Source: Vicugna vicugna
Taxonomy: Eukaryota
Assembly: GCA_013265495.1 (NCBI GenBank)
Contig: MU057651.1
Coordinates: 558,001 to 622,000, forward strand
Direction of reading: 5' to 3'
Length of the DNA stretch: 64,000 nt
The notes below the pieces were generated by a model. That model made no database searches. It saw only the letters and a program-made list of their open reading frames with translations, and was not told the origin of the DNA. Shown here in pieces: positions 25,037 through 38,905 of the stretch (the first letter of the stretch is position 1; every line of letters starts with the position of its first letter). Position numbers and translations under genes: made by a program.

Positions 25037-26469
25037 AGACAGAATTAGCCTTTCCCTCCTTGAGCCACCACAGCCCTTTGTTTATACGTCTATTTTCACA
25101 CTGTATGGTGAATTCTTGTTACTTGCTCACTGGTCTGTCTCCCTGGACCGTGAAGGTAAGAATTGTGTCATGAATGAAAAAATAAAAAAGAATTGCATCA
25201 TGATTGTCTCTGGATTTTATGGCTCAAAAGAGGTGCTCAGTCAATGTTTTTGTTGCTAAATGAAATGAGAGCCAAAATGTATATATCAATTTAACTGAGC
25301 TAGGAACATGATGGAGTTTGCTATACAGAGTATGAAAGCTCAGAACCTAAAGTGAACTATTAAACATATAAGAAGATACACGGAGACTGAAGAGAGCACC
25401 CTTTCTGAGTTGAACAGGTCTGGTAGGTGGTAACTTCTGACTTCCCAACTCCTCAGTGTGGGAGAAGGAAGAGCGCTCCATAAGCAATGTTTCGAAGGGA
25501 ATGCCATTTAGAGGGAGGGAAAGCTGGAGGAAGAGGACCACAACATGGTAATCTGTTGTGGGCAAACCCAGAGAGGAAGTGGAGACAAGTTCTCTCTGGA
25601 ACTTGAAACACAGTCAGAAACTTAGTCTTCTCTGACTGATCTTGAACAGAAAAGGAGCTCTTGATTAATCTTCTGCTACATCATTAAACAAGGACTGTTT
25701 AATTCTTAAAGGGAGGGAACATAGGTCCCATGACCTACTGACCTTATCTGTAATGTTAGATAACTTTTGGCCAAATAATAGTGCCTTTCTTCATTGTGAT
25801 AGATACATTACCTAGAAGTTTCTGATGGTCTGGAATTCTTAATAACTTTGTATCTCTTGGCAATAGCACACAAATATTGCAGCTTTCTATGGACTCTGAT
25901 GTGCAACCAAATTTACCTAAGTACTCAGAGAAAACTACTTCACCCAATTGGGGGAATAATTCAATTTAACTTATTGGCAATTTCCTCAGTTAAAAAAGAT
26001 AAAAGTAATCATTTGAGAAGTTACCACATTTCTCCAAAGAGGTCCCCAAACAATCCATATGTACCCAATAAATTTTCATTAAGGCAGTTTTGCAACAGGA
26101 CTAACCATTTAATTAAAAAATTTCAGTTTGTGACTTCAGTTCATTGTAACAATTTATAAAGTTTAGGTTAAGACATTAGAAAACAAACCAGGAGGCTGAC
26201 ATGGGAATGTGTTCGTAACCCTGAGAGGTCCCGGCACTGATATAAAGACTCCGTTTAATAAAGCAGAGAGGGGGTGTTGCAAATATTTCTTTCTAAGTTG
26301 AATATTTGGGACTTAAAACACATTTTCCCATGGAAATCATGTTATACATGGTAAACAGGCTCCCAGCCTAGCCCATAAAGATTATTTAACAATGTAACTA
26401 TAAGACCAAGAGGGCTTTTCATCTATATCTCAATATTGGTTATAAATACTGTTTTCATGGGAAATATTA

Positions 26470-26690
26470 ATAGCTAGCATGTACTGAATGATTACTATTA
26501 GCTCATTGCTTCATACAACAACCCCCGAGGTATACTCGATTGTGATGCCCTATTGACAGATGAAGAAACTGAGGGCCGTAGGGTTAATATAATAACTTGC
26601 CCAACATCATACAACCAGCAATGAGGGTGTCAATATTTGAATCCAGGGAGTGTGAGCCCAGAGTCCATGCTCCGGACCACTGCACGACAC
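26470..26690 (-). mobile_element. MIR SINE
   Basis: acagatgaagaaactgaggg...aacttgcccaacatcatacaacc...tttgaatccaggg. Confidence 0.72.
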
Positions 26691-29394
26691 CACTTCGCGA
26701 TGTTCCCAGCCTCTGAGACAGCAGTTCTAAGCAGGGGCAGACAAGGACTTTTCAAGAAATGAGACCCACTGGGCATGAGCAGCCCCACCTCCACCTCTAC
26801 CATAGGAAATGGACCCTCTTGAGGTCAATCATTTTCCACTTGCTAGGAAATGAGGAAAAAGAGCAGGTACCCAGTTAGGTTTCCTATTATTCATCAGCGT
26901 CTAAGTGTACGTTGAGGGTTTATAAATACTGCGTATGCTGGTGGTTGCCTGTAACCTACTGCTGTCCTGGTTCCTTTCTCATTTTAGAATTTTCAACTAT
27001 TTTCGAATGTTTTACGGGAGAGATTTGGCAACAAGTGACTTGACACCTTATGACTTAGTTTACTCGTGACATTGGATTTCAGAGGTTAAAGGCCAGAATA
27101 ATTACTGCCTCCGACGTGTTTATGGATTTCATGAAAGACCCCAGACATTTCTTTCTAAGAAGAGAGTAAATGGTGCCAAACCTACAAAAAAGAAATGACC
27201 ACATTATAACTGAACTTGTATTGCATACTTTGACTTACTGCACCCAACAGTTCAGTGTGATAACAGAATAAGCAATGTGGTCTAATTTAGCTTCCTACTT
27301 GTCTTACATGGCAGTTCTCATCTGTCACCAATTATGCATGGTGGGGGTGCTCTGCTGTTGTTTTTTAAAAGTCATTTAAAATGAACCTATTACTTTTCTA
27401 GCCCCTTATAAGCACCAGAAATTGATACATTGTAACTGGCTATACTTTAATAAAAATTAAAAATAAATAAAAGATAATGAGGTACCACCGACTGATGAGG
27501 TGTTGGCCTAGCTTCAGAGTGCTCCTTTCAAGCATAAAAAGTTGGCCACTGCCAGAAAATAAAGACCAGATGACCCTGACGATGCACATGCTCATTCTAA
27601 TCTCTCAGGATTAATAGCGCTTATCAAGATCCGTGGAGCAGGCTCTGTGTGCTCAGGAAGCAGCCCTGGGCAGCTCAAGCAGCACCCAAGGTTTAGAACC
27701 ACAGGGGCTTTGTAAGTGGGGGTGGGGTAGGCACAGAGATGGAAACGAAGGAAAGCAGAATGGAGCAGGAGGTAGAAGAAAAAAACTGTGAGAAGCGGAG
27801 GGAGCAGGAGAATACCAGGCAAGGACTGGGGCCAAAGGACAATGGAGAGAGTAGGTGGCTGGTGGAATGAAGAGGAAGAGAAGTAAAGATAAAGGCAGAT
27901 GGGTCGTCACCAGAGACAGCCCCAAGGATGCTGCCTCACTCAGTCATGCGTTTTTTCAGTTCGAATCTTTTAGGTGACTTTTCTTCGCCAGGATCTAATT
28001 CTAGTCATATAGATGCCCATGATATAGTTACGAGTGGTTTTCTCATTTCTGATGAAAACCTTTCAAAAGATGGAAAATGTACTTGATGTCTGGAGTTCAG
28101 GTCTTAAGGTATTTCAGTTGTTTCAATTACAACCATTTAATGCGTATTGTTGCAGCTTTGCTCTTGATTCCACTGTTGATTCTTCTTTTTTTTTAATTAA
28201 AAGGTGTTTAAAAAAATATCAGGGAGGTCAGGGGGACCTAATCCTAGCATCCATTCTGCTACTGCCCCATTTCTCTGGTCCTTTTCATATCAAACTTCTC
28301 AAAACATCAGCCATATTTGGTGTATTGACTTCATCACCTCCCATTTTCTCTTCAACCCACGTCTAGTATCTAGTTTCAAGGCATCATTTACCATTACACA
28401 TATGTTCATATCTCATTTCAGAATATTGGAGCAGGAAGGGACTAACTCCCTGATTCTTTGGGGCTTTTCCAAATGACCATATTAGATCAAACAACAGCTG
28501 GACTGTGATATGATCTATGAAACCTACATTACTGCTCACATAAATTGGTTTCAACTTCCGTTTTACATGTGGTTCATCAGCTGAACAGCTCTGTACATAA
28601 TAACATGCAATTCTTCCCAATCTACCCCAGAGTGTGCACCATGAGTTCCTGCAACAGTTTTATCACTGCCGTGCTCTTCTCTGGCTTCTCCCCACGATTC
28701 CTAGCACAGTGGGTTTGCCCAAGTCCCACATGCAGCATGTTTCACATCACGATCAAGTGTCTTTCTTGGTAGGGAAAGAGGGCTCTTTCTACTCTACAGA
28801 ATATAGATTTAATGAGGAGATGATGAGAGTACTGTCTCCAAGTAGCTTTCTGAAGATCACAACTCTGGAAATGCTCCTACAGGCAACACATACTCAGATC
28901 ATGGCCCCTTGGGCACTCAGGGAAGGCTGTAGCCTATCTACAGCCTATGGACACAGAATCAGAGTGAGAGACCCATGAGTCTCTCCTTTTATTTAACTGA
29001 ATTTCACATGGGAGCCAAATGCAGAAAACAAATTAAAGAGGAATTGTTTTGGTGGAACCGAGAGCCACATGATCTCCTCCTTGGGCCCCAAGGACCTCCA
29101 TGGAATTCTAGGAGTCCATGGAATTTGTGGAGTCCACTGGTAACCAATGATCTTGTCAAATTCCACTTGTTTGAAGTGATCAGGTAATGGAGGCCCAGCA
29201 AGAAGTAATCTACACAAGGTCATGGGGTTCCTGACTGGCAGACCTGGGGCAGAATTCACTCTTCAACTTCCATGATGCATACAGTTGGCTGAGACACTAG
29301 GCTGTTCCTTATCCTGTCTCCTCACATTTGTTGGCCACTCAAAGAGGAAAACTGCTGATGAAATCTGCCATCTAAGCAGTGGGGCAGTGTTTTG

Positions 29395-29512
29395 CAAAAA
29401 GAAGGAAGGAAGGGGGAGGAAGGAGGAAAGAAAATAAAAGAAAGAGAAAGAGAGAGGGAGAAAGGGTGGGAGGGAAGGAGGAAAGGAGAGGGGGAAGAAA
29501 GGAAAAAGAGAA
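29395..29512. repeat. GA-rich polypurine low-complexity tract
   Basis: About 115 bp of almost pure A/G. Confidence 0.85.
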
Positions 29513-31184
29513 CTACAGCAAAAAGGTCTGTTTTTTGGGATACTGTTAGAGCACTGGCTCTTCCAGCTATAGAGCTAAGATTGCCTTAATCAAGTTAGCT
29601 TTCTCTGCTGAGAGGCTTATATGAGACATCTCAGAGTATCTTTTTCTCAGAATGCAAATGGCCATTTAAAATGATGTTGCAACCAGGTTGGAAAAGGTAT
29701 ATGAAAAAATGACGACAAAGGTTGGAAATTATCTTAATTATCAAGCAAATCCTGATTTTCTTGGTGAAGTCATTTTTCATTGGCAAAAACACAGACTTAA
29801 AAAGCCACAGGGTAAAACATGTGAGTGGGCATTTCAGTGGCTAAATGTCCATCATGACACTCCGTGATGTGTCTATTTAGAATGTACCTTGATTTCAAAG
29901 GACTTTACTTAGTTACAGGTCTGTTAACTAGTAGGGCAATAGGCATAAGCATCCTTGGCTTATTCTCAAGCCATGCTTTAAGGACACTGAGGAATGATAA
30001 GATAATAGTAGGATAAGGGACTATCAGTCTTGGCCAACAGTAGGTCATGGTCCTCACATTTTTCATCTTTCTTTCTCTCCTCTTCACCTGGTGAGAGTCT
30101 CAGATTTTAGTTTGCTATGGAATCAATTTCTTCTCTGGCTGTCTTTTGGGTCATAACTCACCAGTTTGAGCTGTCTGCTTCTGAATTACAATCTAAATGA
30201 GACTTGCAGCTTTCCTATGGCTAAGTCTCATTTTCCTATGCTAAATTCCTGACAACCAAGGATTTTTAAGAGCTGTCTATCTTTTGATAGGCTATTTTTT
30301 TTTCTGATTGAAAAGAAATCCTGTTATTCTTCTATAATTATTTTAGTGGTAGTTATCCCAACACACCCCTCCTTTTAGGCATAAGTTTGTCCTCAAAGTA
30401 AGAGTATCAACAAATCCTCAATAAACCTTGCTGTTCCATAGTTGCTTGCGGAAAAAAAAAAAAGGGGGAATGCTCCCAGCTCTTCCTGAAATACATTCAA
30501 AACAATATTGACTGAGTGCTCACAAAGTATGCTTGCTTCTCTGGAGCTCAGGAAGTTTATGTCTGACTTTAATTCCAAATGAGCACGCGCCATCAAACCC
30601 AGACATTCCAATCCACAACACAGGTTCCAGTGGCTGGAGGGAGCTAGAAGCACTTTGGCCCTCAGTTGTTGTTTTTTAGCTGCTAGAGATTCTCCTCCTT
30701 AACTCCCTTCTCTAGACATACAAGCGAACCAGAATTTCCCTGGTTCGAGAACAAAATGTAAGACTACACTAACATCTGTGTAGTGCTTTAAGGGTGGGAA
30801 AAGGGGGAGGAGGGAGCCTTTTAGTGTAGGCAAGAGGTCTGAAGTTAGGTTTCTGCCCTCCCTTCTCTCTGGCCATACAAGCTATGCACTCCTATTGGTG
30901 AGTAGTCACACTGATGGCTTTATTATCACCAATGTGTGCTGTGTACACAGCAGCTAGCACCTTTGACTGATGGACCCCATTTTCAGGAAAAGCAACACTG
31001 AAAAAGAAAATGCTAAATTCCTGACAACCAAGGATTCTTAAGAGCATATCATGGAGGTATATACTGAACCAATGTCATTTCTTTTTTGCAAGGGTGTTAG
31101 GATTTCAATACTGCTTTAACAAAGTTACTCATGATACTTGTTTCAGGCGAAATGGAGAAATGTGGGCAAAATGAGAGGGTTCTC

Positions 31185-31295
31185 ATTTCCGGTTGAACAA
31201 CCGTGCTCAAAGGGGCTAGTGAAGAATTGTTTCTCAGTCTAGACAGGGTTCTGTAAAGGGCCTGCCACAGAGCTTGGTATTTGCGCTAGTCCTTG
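31185..31295 (+). mobile_element. Ancient CR1/L3 reverse-transcriptase fragment
   Basis: Reads ...LNNRAQR... and ...GLPQSLVFALVL, compared with CR1 WLNGRTQRVV...GVPQGSVLGPVLF. Confidence 0.5.
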
Positions 31296-32557
31296 GTGGG
31301 GGAACGTGACATCATTGGTTCTTAAAGCTCCACAGATGATTCCGATGTGCCACCAAGGAGGAGAACCACTGGTACAGGATAGGTGGTTCTCATACTATAC
31401 TACATACTATTTTTAGCATTCAGCTGTCTCTTCCTGATGCCAATAACTTATCTTCCAAGATCCAGTATTTGATACAGTTTCACAGATGCTTAAAGCAAGG
31501 GTAGAAATAGAATACTTAAAGTTCGTCTCAACTAGGATAAAAGTCTGGAAAATTACACAAAGAATGGCTCCATACACAGGGTCCAGTAGGGACCTCAACG
31601 GGATGTCACTGAGACATTTCACAAATACCAGATTCCCTCAAAACCCCTTGACAAGAGCAGCCCCATTATGTGTGAATGCAAAGTTAGTAAAGAGGCACTC
31701 TCTTGGTGCTGAGGAAAACAACAACAAACAACAACAACAAACTGAAGATTTGTTTTATGCAAATGATTGTGCCTCCTTATTTAGAGTCAAGTCATTATAA
31801 TCGCAGGTTTATAAAAATATATCTTCAAATTAATGAAAAAAATTGGGGAGATGAACAGTATATCAACATTGGGTTTGCATATCCACAGGGAGTTTGATTC
31901 TAACTTGTCACTCTGGCAAACAGAAAGAACAAGGCACTTTATTATTGGAGGCTGCACTAAAACTGTCCATAGGTCACAGAACAACATGCCCAAGGTCAAT
32001 TATGTTGAGTGCAAAGACTTCAGGCAGTGAGGAACTTGTCTCCTGTCTGTCTCTGGAAGGGTACCAACCTCATAACATTGGTACAGTGAATAACTTTCTG
32101 ACCTTTAAAAGGCAATTTATGAGCAAATTCGGTCAATTAGTACAGAGCAATTTACATTTTAAAAAATCCCAACCACTTTGTAACTAGGGGGGGGAAAGTA
32201 GCTAATTCCTTGCATCAATGATATGTTAAAGAGGCAATATTCCAAGAGCGTTTGCTCAGTTCCAACTGACATAACAAAGACACAAAAATGCCACAGCGCA
32301 ACGCAAACCACCTTCAAAGGTACAGCCTCAGATTTCACCTTTAACCTCTCCTGCTCAGTGTTACCTGGTCACGGTAATTTATACTGAACTGTTGAGACCC
32401 CTCTACTCCTTGAGTGGATGGGAATGTAGCCAGTGTAGAGGGGAAGTTCTTGGGGAAGTGGGGAATCCAGTCTTCCTTCATGGATGGGTAAAAAGCAGCC
32501 TAAGGATCCTTCCTCTCATTTTCCTTTCTCACTTTTCTATTGATATATAAGTTTTTC

Positions 32558-32578
32558 TCTATGTATCTATCTATCTAT

Positions 32579-32643
<65 letters not shown>
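32558..32643. repeat. (TATC)n / GATA tetranucleotide microsatellite
   Basis: About 15 perfect TATC units at 32582-32643, preceded by an interrupted run. Confidence 0.97.
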
Positions 32644-35150
32644 GATATCTCTGACAATGAGCTAGACACTGCTTAGGTGATTACATGCATAATTTCATTT
32701 AGTTTTGCACTAACTCTGCAAGATAGATATTGTCCCTATTTCCCCATTTTACACAAAGGAAGCAAGCTTAGAAAGGTTTTAAGTGACTTGCTGAAGGTCA
32801 CAGGGCTTCCAGGTTGTGGAGCCAGGTCATACTCAGATCAGCCTGACTACATGGGCCAAATTCTTTTCATATCAACATGCTACCCTTTACTCTACCGCTC
32901 TACCATTGGTCTTCCTTCCACTCACTTCCTTTTCTCCTCCTCAAAGCCTAAAGTGGTGGATGGGTGGTAGTACTGGAAGGATTTTAAAGAATGAAGAGCT
33001 TACCTAGTTCTCTTTTATACCTCTCTTGAGACTCTATGATTTTCTATTTCCCCACACATGGCCTGGTCACCAGGGGCCAAGAAAACACAGGCTTCCCAAA
33101 GGGTCCTGTTATATCTTTTTCTCTCCAACCTCTCCAGGATTTCAGTAACTACACTTTTCAAATCCCAGATAAGGGCATCTAGCTGGGGACATGGTGTTTT
33201 ATTTAAGAGAACACGAGGACAACATATTTAAAATCAAGACTTAAAAAGTACTTGCGGTGCTCGCAGAGAGAGGGAGTGTCAGCTCAGTATAGACTTGGTG
33301 ACTGCATCATTGGAGGTTGATCACACATATGGAGAGTAAGGAGCAAAGTCAGAGTAAATCCTTATCAGTGGAATTCAACAGGGTGGTCTTTCTGACAGAT
33401 CTTTTTTGTTATAGCCTTAATGTACGCTTCCTGAACCTGGTGCCTTGTTAATCTGCAAGTACTTGTTTAGAGACAAGGCTGTGGATCCTAAGAGACAAGC
33501 TGTTAATTATCAGTTCTAAGCCCAGGCTAGAAGATGCCTATAAAGATTAAAACTTGTTTCCTTTTTTCTAACAATTAACGGCCTAGCTAAAGAGCGATCA
33601 ATTGTAATTGGGGAACTGAAGAAGGTAATAAATGCATTATTGAGACCAGTTGCTTTACAGAGCCATTTATTTAATCCTTAAATTTTGCAGGTTGTAAATT
33701 ACTCATTAGAAGGCAGAAAGCAAAAGGGCCATAATCCGTTTAGTGCCTCCAAACTCCGAAGACTTAGAGGAGGAAATCCATGGAAACAAGAGGCCTGATG
33801 TGTTCTTTCACTGCTATTGCTTAATGGGCAAAGTGGTTAAACAATAAGGACAAACCCATGTAATTATCCTGATGCGCTGGTCCATAGGTCAGGGGTGGGC
33901 TTGATTAAGTTCATGGAGGGCTGACCCACAAACGGTGGGAAAATGCCCCTTGCTTTGCACTCAGCCCTGCAGGCAGCTAATCAATGTGCACATCTCACTT
34001 CCAGATTGTTTCATGAGACCAGAGCAACAGCCCATAGCGTTCATTAGGGCACTCACTCCTATCTGTTATTTTCCAATCAGTGCAGGGACTAGGACAAGAG
34101 GCCAAGTCCCAGAGAGGAATTAGGAGGGGCCGAGGAGGCTGCCCCCTTCTCCACACGCAGAGGGAATGCAACTCCCAATTACAAAATGTTCAACTGCAAA
34201 ATGACTAGATAATTCATTTCTAGATTTCTGTGCACGTATAGAAAGCCACATATATTTGGCTTGAATATGGATTTTAGAAGCTCAATGTGTAAACACTTCA
34301 CCATTTACTAAGGGTAATGGTTTTTATATGCTAAGAGTGAAATTCAATTTTAGATTCTCAGTGGTAATAAAGCACACAAGATGCCTTTAGCACTGGCACT
34401 CCGCATGTGTTTTGAGATTGGGATTTGAATCTGTACATACTTCCTTTTCTCAACAGTGTGATGCCCTTTAGATACCTAACACAGCTTCTGGCTCATCCTT
34501 AGGCTATATTCAACAAAACAGCTACCGCTTCACTTCTGTACTGAACAAGTATTTCTTTCATACTCCTTTGCCTTTCTCTGAAGAAAGACGGTGGCGTTAG
34601 GCTCAGAGACGGAGCTTTTCTCTTTGTAGAGGTAACCAGACCACGGAAGGATGAAACCTCTGATTCTGCAGTAGCAGACTGAGTTACCTGACACAAACGA
34701 TTTCCATTCATTTTCTACTTGACAGTCTAATTAAGTTTGTGATTTTGCCGGGCTGGTGCCATGTCTATCGTGTGTTCCATTCAATACCCACCAAGCTGCT
34801 GTTGCTCAATAAATCATTAGTGATAATGAAACCAAATCTAATTTTAAAAATTATAGCTGTTCTGCAAATGCATTTATTTACTTTGCTAAAGTAATTATAA
34901 AGTAAGTGTTTCCTAGATAGATCATTTAACCATGGCATGTGATGAAAATATACTTTTCTTCCCACATCTTGCTTTTTTTAAAAAAAAGCTACACTTTCTT
35001 TATAACAGTAGAAAGCTACACTGAAGAATTTTAAAGACCCCTGCCACTAGAAACAGTGATAGCAAAGCACTTGAACAAACTGTTGAGACATCTTAAGAGA
35101 AACAGAAAATAACTGATAGTCATTTTGAATATTATAACTTGGAGCTTCTA

Positions 35151-35477
<327 letters not shown>

Positions 35478-35946
35478 TCAGTTAAAATCAGCTCAAATGC
35501 TTTTTCTTCTCTAGGAGGTCACTTTCAGATACGGCTGTACCTTCCTTTAGTTAGGCACCGAGCTTCCACAACTGCCAAGCTCATACCCTTCTGTTACCTG
35601 ATCTCTCAGCTGGTTCAGATCTTAAAAGGGTCTGAAATAACTAACTGATGTGACGTCATTTTTACTAGACCTCAATCTGATTCCCTCCTAATGTTGTTCC
35701 CTCAAACTTTCAGAATCTTTTAGTTTTCTAAAAGTTAGGTATTTGTCATCTAGCAGATGGAAGCCACTAGAAATCCTGAAATATTAACCACCCCCCCAAA
35801 CTCGTCATGATCTACAAGAAGACCATGTTGGAAAAAATTCTTAACCTCAAACTGAGCTCTAAATGCCTTCAAATCAATCACTTTCAATAGCCATTTTCTT
35901 CTAAAGAGAGACAGTAAAAGAGCAGAAATCCCTTGACACTCCCTCA

Positions 35947-36072
<126 letters not shown>

Positions 36073-36567
36073 CTATTGAATCAGGGAAAAAAAAGTTCTA
36101 ATTATATCACAAAGAATATTTTTAAATGTGTTTCATTTATAGATAAATTCTGGGCAGGGGCATAATTTTACAATGTTGTGTGAAATAAATTACTAAACAT
36201 TTGAATGCCATTTGAAATCATGTTACCATTTACATCAGTGGTGCAACTTAATGTTATACATAGGAAAGCTCCCAAGTCAGACTAGGACATGAAGAGTGAT
36301 GGTGTGGTAAGTAGCACTAAATTGTTAATACAGCCAAACTAACCTATTAATATAATCGCACTTTGACCTACTTACCTGGAGGATATGGATTCAGTTTGGC
36401 CTTATATGATACAGTAAACATCTCCATCTGCAGTATGATTTGATTCAGTAGGTCTGGAGTGGGACCCAGGAATCTGCTTTTAAACAAGTGCCCCAAGCTA
36501 CTTCTGATGGCCAGCTAGCCAGGTTTGGGAACCACTTCTAGGCTATAAGTAACTGTAGGTACTTGTT

Positions 36568-36613
36568 TGGCTTGGCACTGTAATACTAAATGGCTTGGCA
36601 CTGTAATACTAAA
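36568..36613. repeat. Perfect 23-bp tandem duplication (tggcttggcactgtaatactaaa x2)
   Basis: Units at 36568-36590 and 36591-36613. Confidence 0.95.
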
Positions 36614-37568
36614 AAATGGAAATTGCAGGCTAAGGGTTGAAAAGTCTCCTGAATATTTTAAGTTTGATTTATTGCATGAGTAGAAAATATATGTGTTTGG
36701 TGGATATTTGGTGTGTGTTTGGGGAAGAGAAAATGGGAATGAGAGGAGAGCAAGGAAGGAGGGAATTTAAGTGAATAATTTAAAATAAAAAAGAAAAGAT
36801 TAGCTGAAATTATTTGGTTTTGCTTTACTGTCATTGATTTTCAAGTTTCAATGGATCAGAGTTCCTACTGGTGTCTGTAGAAAACCTAACTACAATGAAC
36901 GGAGCCGATGGTAATGCCCAACAAGAGACTCCAATGAGGAGTATGTTTTTTTTATATGGAAAAATTAATATAATAAAATAGCCTTAGTTCAGCTTGAAAC
37001 TAGGGATGGGCCACTTGTTATTGGAAAGGAGGAAGACACTCAGATCCACTAGAGGGTTACAAGGGATGTCTAGACTGTACTGTGAGAGAAACTATTTTCT
37101 GGACTGAAGGAGGACCTTGCTTAAACTGCCTTCTAGAAAATGATGGGATTATAAAGTGCTCTGTATTTTACATGGCTATTTTATAATGTGTTCTGTATTT
37201 TATTTCACATACAAGGCAAAATAACCATCATGTAAAAATTCGCCCCCATCAGAAACACGTTCCATGCCAACATCACCGTTCTCCACATTCTCCAAGACCA
37301 CAATATGCAGGCTTAGATAAGGCACCTCGTGAGTGGCATAACAGAACTCAAGAAGATCTAAAGTAAACAAGGGACTGGGGAGGGAGGGTTAGGATTTAAA
37401 TGGAAGTCAGGCTCTTCAATTATTTTTTAGAAGTTTTTTATTATCTTTTATTCAATTGTTTTTTAGTACAAAAGATGTGCTACTGCTCCTTTAATGTCAC
37501 AAACATTCTGAGTAACCAACAATAAAGAACTGCCAATTTTGGTGTTCTCATCAGCCAGAAATGCTCTA

Positions 37569-37724
<156 letters not shown>

Positions 37725-37776
37725 TCAGGCCTAAGAAAGTGGAGACTCTTCTACATTCCCATTAAGAAGGCAATGT

Positions 37777-37882
37777 GGGGTAGGGGTAGAGCTCAGTGGG
37801 AGAATTCGTGATCAGCATGCACCAGGTCCTGGGTTCAATCCCCAGTACCTCCATTAAAATATAAATACATAAATCTAACTAC
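37777..37882 (+). mobile_element. Camelid Vic-1-like SINE (3' end truncated)
   Basis: ggggtaggggtagagctcagtgggagaa...gtcctgggttcaatccccagtacctccattaaaat; no TSD found. Confidence 0.85.
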
Positions 37883-38787
37883 ATTATGTAACAAGAGGAA
37901 AATATTAATTATGCTTATGAGACACTTTCTTAATATTACAAAAGAATATTCAAGGACATCAAAGGATCATCAGATAAAAGTGCACCAAGGAGGAAGGAAG
38001 AGAGCAAAGAGGCCACTGGTGACTGACTACTGTCAGTCATTCCATTGTGAGAAGCTAGTTTCAATGAAAACGATCAGTGAATAACTCTCTTGGATAACTC
38101 AAGCCACAGTGTTGACTTCCTGAACTAAACTGGCACGTGGCATACAGATTTTTGGATATTTATTTGGATCTCAGCATTATTTTTGATTGTACTGAATTAA
38201 TTACTGAAATCTCTTTAGGGTAGTCACCTAATCAAAGAGAATCAAAGAGGCTCACATTTGCCATGGATTTACTGTGCTGAGGTCTCTGTTCTGACAGAAG
38301 TCAGTTGTGACGTGCCCATTATCATTAAGTAGTTATAGGTAGACACACCACAAATGATCAAATATGGGGAAGCAGGCCACCGGAGCCTTACAATTTAGGC
38401 AAAGTCAAAACACCTGGGACCCTGTGAAGGCACTTAACACTGTGATCAAGCCTCTCTTCTCCCCTGCTCAGCAAGAGAGGAATTACAGTGAGTGGAATGA
38501 CCCCAACAATTCTAGCCTGCCCTAAGCTTGACATCAGGATGAAGCAAGACTATCCAGTGGTGCTCAAACTGCAATGCCCATGGGATGCACCTGGGAAGCT
38601 TGTTAAAAAGGAAAATTCTCATTAAAGTTCTCATTTCATAAAAATGAAATACCTTATTAGTTACGGAGAACAGCCTAGAAATCTGCAAATTTTTTTGCAA
38701 ATGCAATTTTTACAAAACAACAAAAGCAGAGTGTAGTCACTTGGCTGCACATGTCCCTTAAATGACACTTTATGAAACCCTGATTTC

Positions 38788-38905
38788 TTTCTTTTTAAAT
38801 TTTTTTTTATTTTTAAGTTCTTTTTAAATGGAGGTACTGGGGATTGAACCCAGGACCTTGTGCATGCTAAGCATGTGCTCTACCATTGAGCTATACCTAC
38901 CCCTC
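38788..38905 (-). mobile_element. Camelid Vic-1-like SINE with 14-bp TSD
   Basis: Same family sequence; TSD gaaaccctgatttc (38774-38787) and gaagccctgatttc (38906-38919), 1 mismatch. Confidence 0.88.

Noticed and set aside
37777..37860. tRNA-like sequences with A and B boxes
   Set aside because: They are SINE heads: followed by SINE-specific 3' sequence and A-rich tails, mostly flanked by TSDs, with degenerate cloverleaf pairing.
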